From: Octopus sinensis
Lineage: Eukaryota
Reading direction: 5' to 3'
NCBI RefSeq assembly: GCF_006345805.1
Contig: NW_021835999.1
Span: 186,001-250,000, forward strand
Length of the DNA stretch: 64,000 nucleotides
In this document: in pieces, positions 49,063 through 63,008 of the stretch
Layout: every line of letters starts with the position of its first letter
Position numbering within the stretch: position 1 is the first letter of the stretch
Made by a program: the position numbers and the translations under genes
Notes under the pieces: generated by a model
Told to the model about the DNA's origin: nothing
What the model saw: only the letters and a program-made list of their open reading frames with translations
The model's database searches: none

Positions 49063-49197
49063 CAGTCAAACCTCTAAATCTCGTCATTTTTGAGACCGGC
49101 AAATCTTGGCGAGATTTAGAAGTTGGTGAGCAACAAAGGCTTCTTTAGAAATTTTCAATTTTTTGAAAAAATGTGGCGAGCAATAGAGGTTTGATTG
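49063..49197. mobile_element. pogo/Tigger-type MITE (135 bp)
   Basis: TA-cagtcaaacctcta ... tagaggtttgattg-TA (one mismatch in 14 bp); internal gcgag/ctcg subterminal repeats. Confidence 0.8.
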
Positions 49198-49935
49198 TAT
49201 CTTGAAAATTAGAGTCTTTGTGTACTGGATTCAAAAAAATTAAAATTTAAAGATAAATGGTTAAAATTTGCTCCGTCTCTATAGTAATGAGAGACATGTG
49301 GTTAATTCCCTTGACGTTTTTAATCTTCTTGAAAATGTTCAATAATAGATTTTTAGTCGCAGCTGTTTATATTCTTGCAGAATCCTTTTTCAAGTTTTCT
49401 TTATTGCTGTATTCAATTAAACGATTTATCGCTTCAATCTATTTGTCTTTAAACCATTGTAAAACAAATCCGGAAAACACTACTACTAATCGGATTATAT
49501 AAAACTACGTCATTCAACTCCTTTTTAGCGAATACATTATATTTCTATCACTATTAGCTTCTAGACTAATGTTCTGTAAAAATTTACGGTTAAAATAATG
49601 AATTTTTTGTTCGGTAACAAAACCAAACCAGTTTTAAATATTGAATTTAAATAGCAATTCCTTCTCGAAATAAATATCGATAGTACACAATTAGTTGTTG
49701 GTTTGATATTATTCGATTTACCACAACTTTATTATCAATTGTTTCTAACATTCTTCAATTAAATTATCAACGATTAAATATTTTTATTTTGGAAGTTAAA
49801 CCTTTCTAAAATTAAAATTTCAGAATCTACGAAAATCGACTAAATATGATCCCTGCTATTACTTCATATATTCATGACGACCAAACGGATAACAAAAACA
49901 GGTTATTAGGTCAAAGATTAGTACTAATCCGGATA

Positions 49936-52900
49936 TTAATAAAACTCAAGCATATAAGGCGAATCTGCGCAATGCTCTCCGTTGGATGTGATGCCCAACA
50001 AATATAATCCAGGCTTCTCAACGCAGTACAACACGTTATAAACATCGTCTGCCGAATGCTGCACACAGAAATCATAAAATGTCTTTCCCTCGGAAGTCAA
50101 TCCAATTTTTAGCATTTCGAGACCTTTAAACTCACGTTGGTGGAAAACCTGCGGTCCCTTGTATACGAAAGTTATGTTCAACTCCGCACTTTAGGGAAGA
50201 AGACAATCCAAATATTTGGACCAGATTTGATCTCCCCGGTTTTAAATTGACAAATTTTGGTTTCCCAAGAATCGCAGAACACAACGTCCTATGCATTTCA
50301 TTACTGACATGACTGATTTGGTGACCAGCTACAGTCGTGGCAATAAAACAACCAGTAGTGACTATAAATGGAGATCCATTCAAATCCATTGCCGAGTCAT
50401 CATCCCAACTGTTTTCCGCTATTTTGACAGAAATGAAGTATTCTCCACTACTTTCTACTTTGTATGTAAATTTATATTTAGAAAAAAGTTGATCTTTCAT
50501 TTCTCATATTTAATTTGGACGAAGGATGGACCGTCAATACTCACCAGCAATCTACCCTCCTGTTCTCCCCCCACAGTTACAAAAAAATAATTTTCTTCCT
50601 CTTAATGATAAACAAATAAAAAGGCTAACCCAAATTGACAGTGTATAATCCAGGTCCTTCCACAATTATATTTTTATAGTCAAAAGTGTCTTGTAAATTC
50701 ATTCCAAGTTCGGGAGATGGAGCTATTTCTACGGAAACAGGTTGTGATTCTTCGATATAAGCAGTATAGGGAGAATCGGCTGTTCTTTGATTATTGTGGT
50801 AGATGTAAATGCTGTAAGTACCGGCGAGTGGAACTGTATATGAGACCACAAAACATTCATCGTTGTATTCCTTGTCAATGTTTACCGTTGCCTTTGCAGG
50901 ACCACAGATAGAGACTGAAAAATTCCCATCTTGTAATCCTTGTGTGTAAACATTAAACGTGTCTAAACATTCTAGTCTGGTCACTTACTTGGAAAATTTG
51001 TTGTTCCCTTCGATAACCCACTTCCCCTCACTTTAATTTGTCCCCCAGGAGAGTGGAGTGATTCAACCGTGAATATAAATGGAGAGCCTGTCGACTGGAA
51101 ATGTTATTATTACCAGAAAGCATTTGTTCTCTTCTGGAAATATACACTTTGTGTTCTCCGAGACGTTTGGGAATAAACGTGATTCCGTAATTGTCAGAAC
51201 TACGTTCGACAATTCGGCAACTCACTTCTTCCTCGTTTGAGTCAATTACAGTGGCTGTAAACTCATCCAATGAGCTATCTGGAGATTGGTGGGGATTTTG
51301 GAACCTGGAATGATGAGAGAATATTCACAAGGCTGACTGACGTGGAATCGGGAACTCCGAAGATATGGAACTTCGTAGACTACTTCTTCGGGTAAAGTGA
51401 CTGTGAAGGGACATCCTTTGGATTATTTGAGATGTGGCAACCCGGGACTGTATTGTTTCCGAATTTGACTGCGACTTGATATTCTCCTGGCTGGTTTGCT
51501 CGAAACATGACAAGACACGACTGTTCCTCTTTCCGATCATAACCAATTTCACAGCTGCCCGGACCCTTCACAGTAGTAGTCAGTGTCCCATATCCAGCAT
51601 TTTTTATATCCACCGAAAAGGAATTCCACATTCCGACTTTTCCTTCTGAAATAGGCTGGAGATTCACCAAGGAAGCATTGGCTATTTGATTTTGACTTAT
51701 CTCCAACACAAAGGGCGGCATTCCTGTCGATTTCTGCCGCAAAGTCAAGTAAACAAAATGTCTCCCCGGCTCAAATGGAATGAACTCAATCACTAGGTCG
51801 GTTACGTGGTTAGAAAACCCATGTTCGTTCGAGTTACTTCCATAATTTTGCAACTTTGTCCTTTCCCCGATGGACTGATGACATGTGCTTCCATATCTTG
51901 GGAGAATTCCTCTTTTTTAGATTCCAACATGAAAGTCTTTGTTGCCATCATTTCGTACTCTTGTTGTACAGAGGAAGATTCTGTCAATTTCATTTAGACT
52001 TATCTAACCTAATATGACGACCCTGAAGGGAGACCCAGAAATTTGTTTCCCGCCATTCGTAATGTGAATTTGATATCTTCCTGCTTTTGTCGGGAAATAT
52101 TGAATTTTAGAAATGTTTGGTTCGACTTGCTTGCACACAACACCGGTCTTTGATGGTCCAATTATATTTATTTCTGACTCAAAGGTATCATCTGAGTCAT
52201 TCATAAGACACAAACCAAATTCTTTTGGACATTCTAAAAAGAATTCACAGATTTGATTCTCTCTGCCAATGACAAGTCCCTGTCCATGTGCTATTAGCCC
52301 TGCATCTTTGCTGTTCACATAAAACTCCAATTCATTCGCTATAAAAATGTAGTCAAGAAAAAGCATACGTTTCTCTAATCCATATATTTTATGTTTTCCA
52401 GCTTCCTTAGGAGTATAGGACATATAAAGTGTCTCGTCTTCCACGTAAATCTGATCAAACTGTGCACGCTCTCCCAATGGTGTAATGACATGGCCTATTC
52501 ACAAATTATATATTCAACTCACTTTTCAACCCGCAAGACCCATATTCGGGAATTGAGAGATTCACGTCATAAAATCGAGTTTTCATATATTTGTAATCTT
52601 CTCACTGATTACCTTAATCAAATATTTTAAAAATTGAGTACATCTATTTTTGCAGGTTCTATGAACTCTCCGCCAAATTTAAATTCGAGTAAATATTTCC
52701 CACAGTTTTCGGAACAGAAAAGCACAGAACTTATTCCTGGGATATCTTCAATTGTTTTTTGTTTTAGTTTTTTTCCATTTTCATCCCAGGAAAAACATAA
52801 AAGTTTTCCATTGCCAGCCGAAGATGTGTCAAATTGGAGTTTAACTGTTTCTCCACAACACACAAAGTTCGGGAATTGTCCTATCAAAATAGTAATTTCG

Positions 52901-55900
52901 AGGTTAGTTTATTAGTCTGGTTTTACGTGACACACAAAATTAGAGTTATGATAATAAATAATAATAACTGACCAAGTCTTGTCACCAATTCTGCACACCC
53001 TCCTGGGGCAGCTACCATTTCTCTTGAAATTATGTTTTTGTCGCAATAAGTGACGTCGATGCAATGAGAGCCAGTTTCTTCTGGAGTATATTCAACACGG
53101 TATAGTCCAGACTCTTCTTCGTATAAACTGTGTGGAACTATTTCTTCAGAACTCTGAGAATAGAATAATTCCAACTAGCCTGAATAAACACAACTGGTTT
53201 ATATCTGTTCACTTGTCGCGTGTCGATCCAAAATTTAGCAGGAAGACTCGCAGTTGGTGTTTCATAGTCTAAAAGTCGTGTATCCTCCAAATTATAAACA
53301 GGCAGCGTGGAAACACTAGTCATCACGAGAAGTTAACTCTTACAATTGATCAGGTTGAATAGACATCAGTTGGTGGTCTCCCATCACTTTTGGTGTCCAG
53401 GAAAGCTGGATGTCTCCACAATTCAGTCGATTAGTTTGTATCTCACAAGGATTTCCTGCAGCAATGATTAGCATTGAAATACCATCGGGGTCAACAATTT
53501 TCGGTTCGAAGGGAATCTGGGTTCTGAAACATGTTTTGCACTCTTTTCCAACAAAATATAGATCTTGAGGCTGATTTATTTTAACATTGTGTATTTGGAC
53601 TTTAAACGGACTTTCTAAAGTAAATACAACTTGATTTAAACCACTGACGTCGAATCCTTGCATCGTTATATAATAAGTGTAGGTTCCTTCCTCTAGTGGA
53701 GTATAAACAATCTTTTGGGTTTCGTTTTCGTTTTGAAATATTCTGGTGTTTATGGATTTGCTGGGGCCTTGGATTTGGCATTTGATTTCTCCAGATCCCG
53801 CATTTCGACCGTCGATAGTAAATTCCATATGAGTGCCGACTAATGCCGCAAAAAGGCCAGTTCCATAAACTTTAACAAGCGAAGGGTCAAATCCGCTTTT
53901 GCCAATAACACGTAAGGGGGATGAGGATATTTGTGATTCATTGTAGGAGACGACTATAGAATGTTCTCCTAATGGGTGAGTATAATTCATGAAGATCTAC
54001 CTTCTTTCGTCAAAAAGTAGATAACTTCGCATTGAGTTTTGTTCAAGATAAATTTTTTTGTTTTTGTCAATGTTTCTTGTTGGCCAAATATCAAAACATC
54101 CAATTGGTCAATACAAAAGTTTTTAAAATTCGAAAAATCGACTACAAAACTTGCCCATGAATTGATAAATGTTTCTATCAAATATTTTATTCATAAGTAC
54201 CATTTGACTGGTCGACTATAAATAGTTTCCCTGTTTCTACTTGGGGTCTAATATTGAATATGAAGGGACTTCTGGGGATTTCGATGTTTGCAAAAAACAC
54301 TGAAGCTCGATAGGAGCCACCTCTCCGAGGGGTAAAGGATATCTCGTAAATCTCCGACTTTGGCTCAACTCTTGTTTTAGTTTCTCTCCCAAGATCATCT
54401 ATCACTCGAATGTCTAGATTTCCTGCCACAGTAAAGCATATGTGACCAACCATATCCAGCATTCTGACAATTCGCATAAAAATGTGTCTCGATGTTTTGA
54501 ACTGCCATGAATTCAAATGCTGGTCCCCAAACTCTGACATTTTCAGGTCGACTTTGTTCAACACCCCTAATCTTTCAAGTTCTAAATATAAAAATACAAT
54601 CATGGGTTTGTGGCAAATTGTTACGTCATCACAAGTAAAAAACAACACATTTTGACCCAACATCACGTTGTAGTTTGCCGAAAAAGTATTATCAACAAAT
54701 TTGAAAGGAATGTTTGTGCTGTACTGATCATTCAGTGCATTTAGACAGAAATTTCTATCAAAATTTGGCATTACTTCAAATTTGAGATTATTTCCGACAA
54801 ATAACACTTCGCCAAACTCGCTGGTGTTTATTTTTACCTAAAAATTTGATTAAAAAGTATATTTACGTCGGCTGGTAGAAATCCTGGGTTTTCCAAAACG
54901 TCGATGTAAAAAGGAGAACCGTCCAGATCTTGATTTTTGATTTCTGTGCAAAGTACATATTCTCCTTTCGTTGGTGGCACAAAATAAACGCATTTTCCAT
55001 CATTTCCCAAATTTTCCAACTCAATATTGCATTGACTTGGTCCTCGCAAATTAAAATCTAGTTAGTCATACAAAATACCTATCGATTCGCACTCAGTGGT
55101 GTTCCTAAAGAAGAAAACAACAGGAAATCCGACAAATCCTTTCCGGGAACGAGAAGGACAAAATATTTTCGTATCAAATTGCGAAGCAGGAGACACATAG
55201 ACTGGAAATGGGCTTCCATGGACGTGTTCACCGTCGAATAAAATATTAATTTTGTGCTTTCCAGGAAAAGAGGGAGAGTATGAGCAAAGCATTTCGTTAT
55301 TTGTGGAAGAATATGAAGAATCAATGTTAAAGCGGCGTCCATCTAAACAATGTTTTTGTAAAAAGAATACTCGGCTGTTCTCCCGTCACTGCAAAAAGAT
55401 TCAACTCGTCTGTGGGAAGTTTAACATTGAACTGAGTTTTTTCGTTAACCCGAATTCCTCTATTGGATAAACCTCGGCCCTTTGTTTGACAGTCATTGAT
55501 GTTATAAGCTTAAATCAACTCATATTTACTAACCTTTTTTTACTGTAAAATCGTGACTGCCAATGTCATGTTCGCCATATTTGATTGTCATTTTATGGGG
55601 ACCTGGTTGTGTGGGAATGTAACGACATTGGGCTTTTGTTTTTGATAGCTGTTTCGCAGCGAGTTCAGAGGCTTGCTTCATTTCGATGGGGGTCATGAAG
55701 TATTGACACATATTCACTTTTAATATCATTAATATCAAATACAGTCAAAGTTGTCGTCGTCACTTTCCGAACTGTCTTTAAAGCGATTGAGATAGGCTAA
55801 AAAAATTTATTCGTCCGATTAGTTACAATTTAGTAAATATTCAACGTAAAACTCAATTTCTTTTCCTACTTTCAAGTTTTGTTTCGAGCGAACAGTTACT

Positions 55901-58900
55901 TCTGGTTTGGGAAGTGGAGTTTGACGTGGAATTTGAAGCTATTTGTAAATATGATTGGTAAACCAAATAAGGCGAATCTGCGAAACATTGATTATTATAT
56001 TCGGCTACGATTATATTCCACCGTTTCTTTACGCAAAAATCACATTTAAGGACATGGGAGTTCACCTGCTTCACATTCAAAGGAGTTCTCTTTCCTGACT
56101 CGGAATAACATTTAATCTCAAAATTATTTTTGTTTATTTTCATTCCTAGCCCTTCGACAATAAACTTGACATGTTCCCCAGAATTGAGATTCCCACGATT
56201 ACTCAATCCAGTTATGGTAATCTAAATAAATCAAAAATGAGTGTTTTAACCAAATTATCATTCCGTTGGGTTTCCGGTTTTACGTTTATCTTAACCGGGG
56301 ACTGAGCTATTTCGACCGAGTCCGAGTAAATGTGGAGAAAGTAAATCCCAGGACTGTTTGTCTTGAATGAATTTAACGTTCCATAGCTAGGAATGTACTG
56401 ACAGTCCGTGGCCACGATCGCGCTGGCTGGTCCAGCTACTTTAAATTCTGGGAATAATATACATTGCCCTCAACCATAATTCAACACTTTGGTCAATCGA
56501 CTTCCGACCACAAAATAAGCTGTTTTGTTGACCTCTATATCTTGAAAGATGTTCCCCCACAACTTTACCGGGCCACATTCATCCACCAAAACCTAAATTT
56601 GCTAGAGAGGGCTAGTTACGTCTAAAGGAGATGCGAGGATAGGAGCGTTTTTATAAAGCACGTCGATTGAATGTCTTCCAGGATTTTTTGTGACAAAACT
56701 GCACTTGTATTCGTAACCCTCAGTGGCGATTCTCATTTCGCCACAAGTGCCATCTAATCAGTCTATCAGTAATGCCCCAATATAACCTGGATAGGTCAGA
56801 ATCACCTCAAGTTCAGGGTTAATTTCATTTTTCGAAACAATATCAAAACTAGCCTCCATATTCACCTTTATTCCGCCGTCGAAATTCATGTTGGAAACAA
56901 CGCATTTATTGGGGTCAAACTCTGCAAAGTTTACTAGATTAGATAAATGACCTTCGGCCACATAAACTATTGGTTTTTCAGTCGATATTGGAGAATTTAC
57001 ATATTCGACATTTAATTCGTATTTCCCGGCATTCATTGGCTTGTATTTACACAAGTAAAGATTTTTTATTTGTAGTTCGAGGCGGCATGGAATTGAAGGA
57101 CAGTTAGAGTTGGTTGGCTTCAAAAATACCTGTAGCAAATTGCGTTCTTAATTATAAAACGAGTCAATACTTTCATCACTGTCCAATCCGTCAGATAACA
57201 CTCCTTTATGATTTCCTATAATTTATATTAGAGAAGGCAACTCAAATCAATGTAGAATTCAGTTTCCTGTCCTACAACACCTTTGATCCCTTTTCCGTAA
57301 ACGCGGAAATTATCATGCCGTATTTGACAGATTGACCGTAGCTTTAATTGTCAAAAGACAAAGTACAAAATATGGCGAATCATCAACAACTGTATTATTG
57401 CACAAAATCCACAAAAAGTTGGTTTTGACACGATCCGAAATATACGAACAGTTAAATTTGTTGCGTCCAGACATTTGTTTATTGATTTTCAAATCATTGG
57501 CTCCCTCGGCTCCATAACACATAAAAGTCGGTTCAACGTTCTCCGAAACCAAAGCTGCGTTCACATCAAAAGAAAATTTTTTGTTGGTAACGAAATAGTT
57601 GATTCCAGGGGATGTTAAACCATTAACTTTAACCTGCAATATTAGACTACATGGAAACCTTGGATGTATCCAGGCCTATTCTTTCATCACATTTGACCAA
57701 AAAAGGTGAATTCTTGATTTCTTCATTATTAACAGTCATGCGAATAATGTAGTCCCCCATTCTTGTCACTGTGTACCTGTAGCAATACAGATCCTGTCCA
57801 AGTTTGGTGACTTGAATAGAAGCAGCAGCAGGTCCAGATATCTGGCAGTCTCAGAACTAATATAATCTAAATAGACCAGGTAGTGGCTGATTTGGTTGGC
57901 AATACACTACAAAACTGGTCTGGTTGTTTAGAACTGCCTTCTCCAGACCAGGACCAAATAATATGTACGTGTTCCGTGCCTTGTCCAAAACAGCAATCTA
58001 TCTCAATGAATAAAACAAAATTACAGTGAATGGACTCCCTTTGACATTGAATCCTTGATGACAAACTTTTACGGTGTGCGACCCGACTTTTTTGGGTTCA
58101 ATCGCCCCAACAAAAGTAAAATCGTCTATTTTGTTCATGCAAAGTTTTATTTTTTTGTTTTCTAAGCAAAGTATGAATAATTCTCAATACCTGGATCGAA
58201 GATAGTCATAGAAAGAGGTAAATTTGTTGGTTTTAGTGATTTAACCAACAGATTGTTTGAATCTCCAACTCTCTGACCGGTTTTTAAAAAGCCTCTTCCT
58301 GAAATTGAAAATGTTGTGAGATCGGGTTCTTTTATTTATTTCACCAATGTTACCTTTTTCCGAGTAGACCAAAAAGGGGGACTTTGGGTGTGGAACTTGG
58401 TCAAATGAAACTTCAATGGAGTGCTCGGCTATTTCGGCGGGAGTGTATTCGCATTGATATTCGGTATTGCTTATCTTTTCTAGCGAGCTCTCCAAAATCA
58501 TTTCGTGTCGTCCAGAATAGTAATTTATTGTAACATTCGGTTCTATCACATTTTCGCTGTTTCCGTCTGCTTGGTAAGAATACCATAAATTAGACCATAA
58601 TAATTTTCATATGAGTCACTGCTGGATTCTTGAGGCAAGTCAGATCCTATAAAAGTTTAATTCTAAAAATAACTTTGAAATGAAATGCGAAAATAGTTCG
58701 GAAGGTCGAGATAAGCTCTTTTTATTCCTCGTCCATGAACACGAACTTTGTTCAAATCGAGCGAATTCTGACAGACTTAAGTTCACAAAATTCAACTTTG
58801 ACGTCGAAGAAAATAGGTTGATTGGTAATATTCCGTTCGTCGTAAGTAACAGAGGCTGAGTACTTGCCTTGCTGAGGGGGGACGAACGAACAATGGTAAT

Positions 58901-60120
58901 CGTCTCCATTTTTATGTATTTGTACCTAAAAGCATAAAAATATTAAAAGTGATTGATTTCTCTAAAATATGATCACTAAAGTGATTCCATTAAAGCATAA
59001 ATATATCAGAATATGACAAGATACAATTAATTACAAGTAATGGCAATGTCAAAACTACAATAAATCGAAATACAATAATTATCTCTAGACATAACACTTA
59101 CCGGTACTTGTAGACCCATTTCAGTTTCTACAGAAACGGCCAGTTCAGAATCTGGAATAGATTGGGTGATTTCAACACAAATTTCAAACACTTTTCCAGT
59201 CGAGCCAACTACATTAAATCCTAAAAATGAGTTATTTTTTTCCACAACCAGGATTCCTGATCTTAGCTTGGAAAGGAGGTTCCGGTCGTTTCAGAGGGGC
59301 GCCTTCTTTCACTTCTGCCCCACTGAATTGAGCAATATACGTCATCACGGACTTTTCGTCCACGCGTGGATTAATTATTTCATCGGGAGTAATCAGCTTA
59401 AAAATGTTAAAACTAAAAAGTTGAAGTTTGTGGTCACACATTAGTTACAGAACCACAAGTATTTAATGAGTAGGGACTATAAAAATACCATCGGAACTGA
59501 GAGCCAAGTTTCTGCAGTCTCCATCGCCTCAGTCACGTTTTCCAGCCGTTTCTTGCCGTCCCAGTAGCGCCAGTTGGGGCACAGGCCGGGAGCAAATGAG
59601 TCGACAAGTGACCCCACTGCTCGACCGTCGTTCCAATGAGTGGTAAAGTTCTCGACGGGCAGCTCGATTTTGTCAGTGACCCATGAGAGTAATCTTTCCT
59701 TTGGCGTAAAACACTTTTCGGTAGTTTCTGGAGGAAAGGTGTCAATTTGAATGGAATAGTGCAAAATAATAATCCATACAAGACCGAGGATAAGTTTTAG
59801 ATTTTGGTCCACAATATGTCCACTGTCTGTTTGGGTGAGAAATGGGCAAACTTACCGATATTTACTAACTTTATCCCATCCGACGATAGGAGGTTTAGGG
59901 CACTGGTCACATTTTCTAATTTTTGGGAGATAAAGCGAGGATTTTTGTTGTATCGTCCCACAGATTTATGAGAAAGGTTTTCTACTAATTTGATAAGAGC
60001 GATTCCATCTGAAAAATCCGATTCTAAATTTTTTATGGAAATTTGAGATTTCTTCAAATGCTGATTCACAAATCGTGTAAAAGTTTTGGTTTGGATTGAA
60101 ATCCATGCATCATCTTGCAT
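49936..60120 (-). CDS. Filamin (two calponin-homology domains plus many Ig-like filamin repeats)
   Basis: DAWISIQTKTFTRFVN, LKLILGLVW..ILHYSI, NFTTHWNDGRA..APGLCP, VDEKSVMTY, then repeated V.G.GL..YTP..G.H.I..GSPF units. Dozens of micro-introns plus 92-nt and 176-nt introns. Confidence 0.93.
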
Positions 60121-60692
60121 GACCACCGATAATTACTTATTTTAAAAGATAAGTATCTATTTATTTTGTTTGAATGGTTTGCCAATCTATTTATTCGAAA
60201 ATAGGCATCTATTAAAATTAAATAAATATATTTATTAGCAAATGAATTGTTTTAAAAGACTAACTAATCAGTTTTTTCCAGAATTTCAAAGCTCAAGCAC
60301 GTTTCCAAGTCCTAATCTAAAATTTGGAACCGGGTAAGCCATTTCGTACTTTTTACTAATTATGTTCAATTTCTGTTTGGTAAATTCTCCTTTTAGATTA
60401 AATGTAGAAATTTCCAGACAACGAGTACGAACACTTATCGAACAATTTTGTCTTAGCATAGATAAATGTAAATAATGACAATTAGGTCAACAATCACTAT
60501 TTCTGGGTTAATTGATCAAAGAGTATCTCTCAAATGATAATCAATTCTTAAATATGTATTATTATAGGTTAAATATGAATTAATCTTGGTTCCTTTCTGT
60601 CAGTCTGGAAATTCAATAACGTGACTAACTTGTTATTTTTATTTCTTTTTTTATTTTTCTGCTTATTAGATTTGCCTTATAAATTAATAAAA

Positions 60693-62030
60693 TTAGTCAA
60701 AACCATTTTCTGTATTTTCACTTTTTGAATCCTTCTTAAAGAACAAATTTTTACGTGGCTGCTTTCCTGGAGAACGATTTTTCTAAAAATCATTTTTATC
60801 CAAATACAGGAGAAAGATTATTCAATACAGGAGGGTCTCCCAACTTCAAATTACATTCCTCATTCACCTGATCTTCTTGCATTACTTCTGTGGAATAGTG
60901 CCCCGGTGGTTTGTATCCATTTTCGTTAATTTCTCCCTGTGAGTTTATTATTGAGGAATTTACCTTCAGCTCTCTCAAAAAGGTGTCTTTCATGTAATCA
61001 ACGACTTCTGGAGGCAGCTGTGACAATTTATCACCGTGGTTGATCATAAATTCGACAATTTTTATGTAATTTTTTATGTCATTGAACGTAACATTTTCAT
61101 TCTACAACTAAACAATGGACAGAATACAGAAATCAAAGTTGGAGATAACACAACCGACAAGTTTACACTGCTCATGTTACAAGAGCGGAGACTTATTTGT
61201 TTGAGAAAACTGAACAGATCAAAGATAGTGCATTGCAAGTATCTGGGCATGAGTCGTATCAAAAGTGACAGGGCACTCAACTTGTCCTCCTCCGTTATGT
61301 CTAATGGGTCATTGGGGAATAGCCGATACATACTTGGAATTAGCTTCATCGCGTTTTTGATGAATTCTCTTGGAAGGACACGTGGGGAGTATTCACGAAG
61401 ATACATTTTGAGAACTGACGAATATTCGTGTTGGGAGAATGAATTTGTCTGGCAAAAATCAGAGATTCTTTGTCGTCCGTCCATTAGCACCTTTATGGCA
61501 TTGACTTTTGAAACCGAGCCAGTTAATCTGAAAATGCCACTGTAATCATCGTCTGCGGTTATGTTGTATTTGCTGTCAACCTTTCAACAGAGAAATGTAT
61601 TCCATCAACTGACGGATTGTTTCCAATTTCGTCCATTTTGAAAGGTCATCTTACAATATCAAATGCGAGTAAACCCTCAGTCGGCTTGGGTTTTTTGAAA
61701 TTAAAAAATTTCTTCTTTTGTGGGACTGTGATCACCATAAAGTCTTGCAGAGAGTGAACTTCGATAAATCGTAAAGCGTGCATGGTGAGCACTGTCCGAT
61801 AGCTTTCGGGGTAGTTTGTCATCATCGACTGGAGAACTCTCTCCATTGACATGTCACTAAGCCCACGAATCATAAAACTGCCGTGATAGCGATGCTGAAA
61901 TATATAATTAAAATGTGTCGCGCATTCTCTTGACAATGTCGATAATATTTCCTTGATGTTTTGATGGAAACAAATCCCTCATTTATAAAATAGATTATCG
62001 TGCAAATTTATGCAGACCAAGTTAATTTTC
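60693..62030 (-). CDS. RhoGAP-domain protein (ends approximate)
   Basis: GIFRLTGS (arginine finger), SSVLKMYLRE and NMSSVNLSVVLSPTL. Confidence 0.75.
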
Positions 62031-63008
62031 ATAACAAAGAAAAGTAAATTGATAAAATAATTGATGATGAGTTTTGCTTCCTATGCACGTTTTTTTCTCA
62101 TTCAAACGTCAGTTGCCGAATTTTGAGTCATACTTGACCCAGAAAATTACTAATTTGTCCTTCAATTGCTCTAAAATGAGTTTATCATTCATTTTATCGA
62201 TTTTCAAACAACTTTCATTTCACCAATCCAAATAACTAACTTGCTCAGATGTGCTTTTATATTGTGTTTTTGGACATAAATAACATTTACAGAAAACAAT
62301 TTCGTTAAGCTGTGACCACCCTGTTGATTTCCTGGAAAATGGTCGCCCCAAAGATCCCAACATATAAACCACTTTTTTTATTTCTGTTAGTATTGATTTT
62401 ATTTTTAAAATAATTTTGATTAGCAGCACTCTCTAAGTATTCAATTGACCTCATCAAGTATAAGTAAACGAGTCGAGAAATTTTTGTTTATTAAACAATA
62501 AGTATTGGTTAGATTATTTAATTAAGTCGTGTCCGACCCTTGGAAATTTCATAAGCCAATTTTTCCCACCCATCTCGCAATTTCGAGAATACTTGATAAA
62601 GGCAATCCCGTGACATTTTTTACCATTGATATCCATTGAATCCTCGGACTTTTTTTCCCAATGATTTTGCTTAGCCTAATGGTTTTTTCCAATGAATCAG
62701 AGCAGCCGACATTTCCAAAGAATGCCAAGTTAATAATGACCTTGCTTGTCATTTGAAGCTGTAAAAGTCAAAATAATCAGCAAATTTTGAAACCAAATTT
62801 GATTCATTCATGTTAATTATTGAGGAATTAAAGAATTTTGGTGAAACCCGCGCATTACCCCTGACTATGGCCGGGAAGACTCTTTTTTCTAAATACTGGA
62901 TATTATTTTAATTTTTTTTATTTTAAATGAATTATTAAGATGACTAATTTAATTTCTGAAATACCATATATTTGAATAAATAAATGTTGCTATTATAATA
63001 AATCACCT

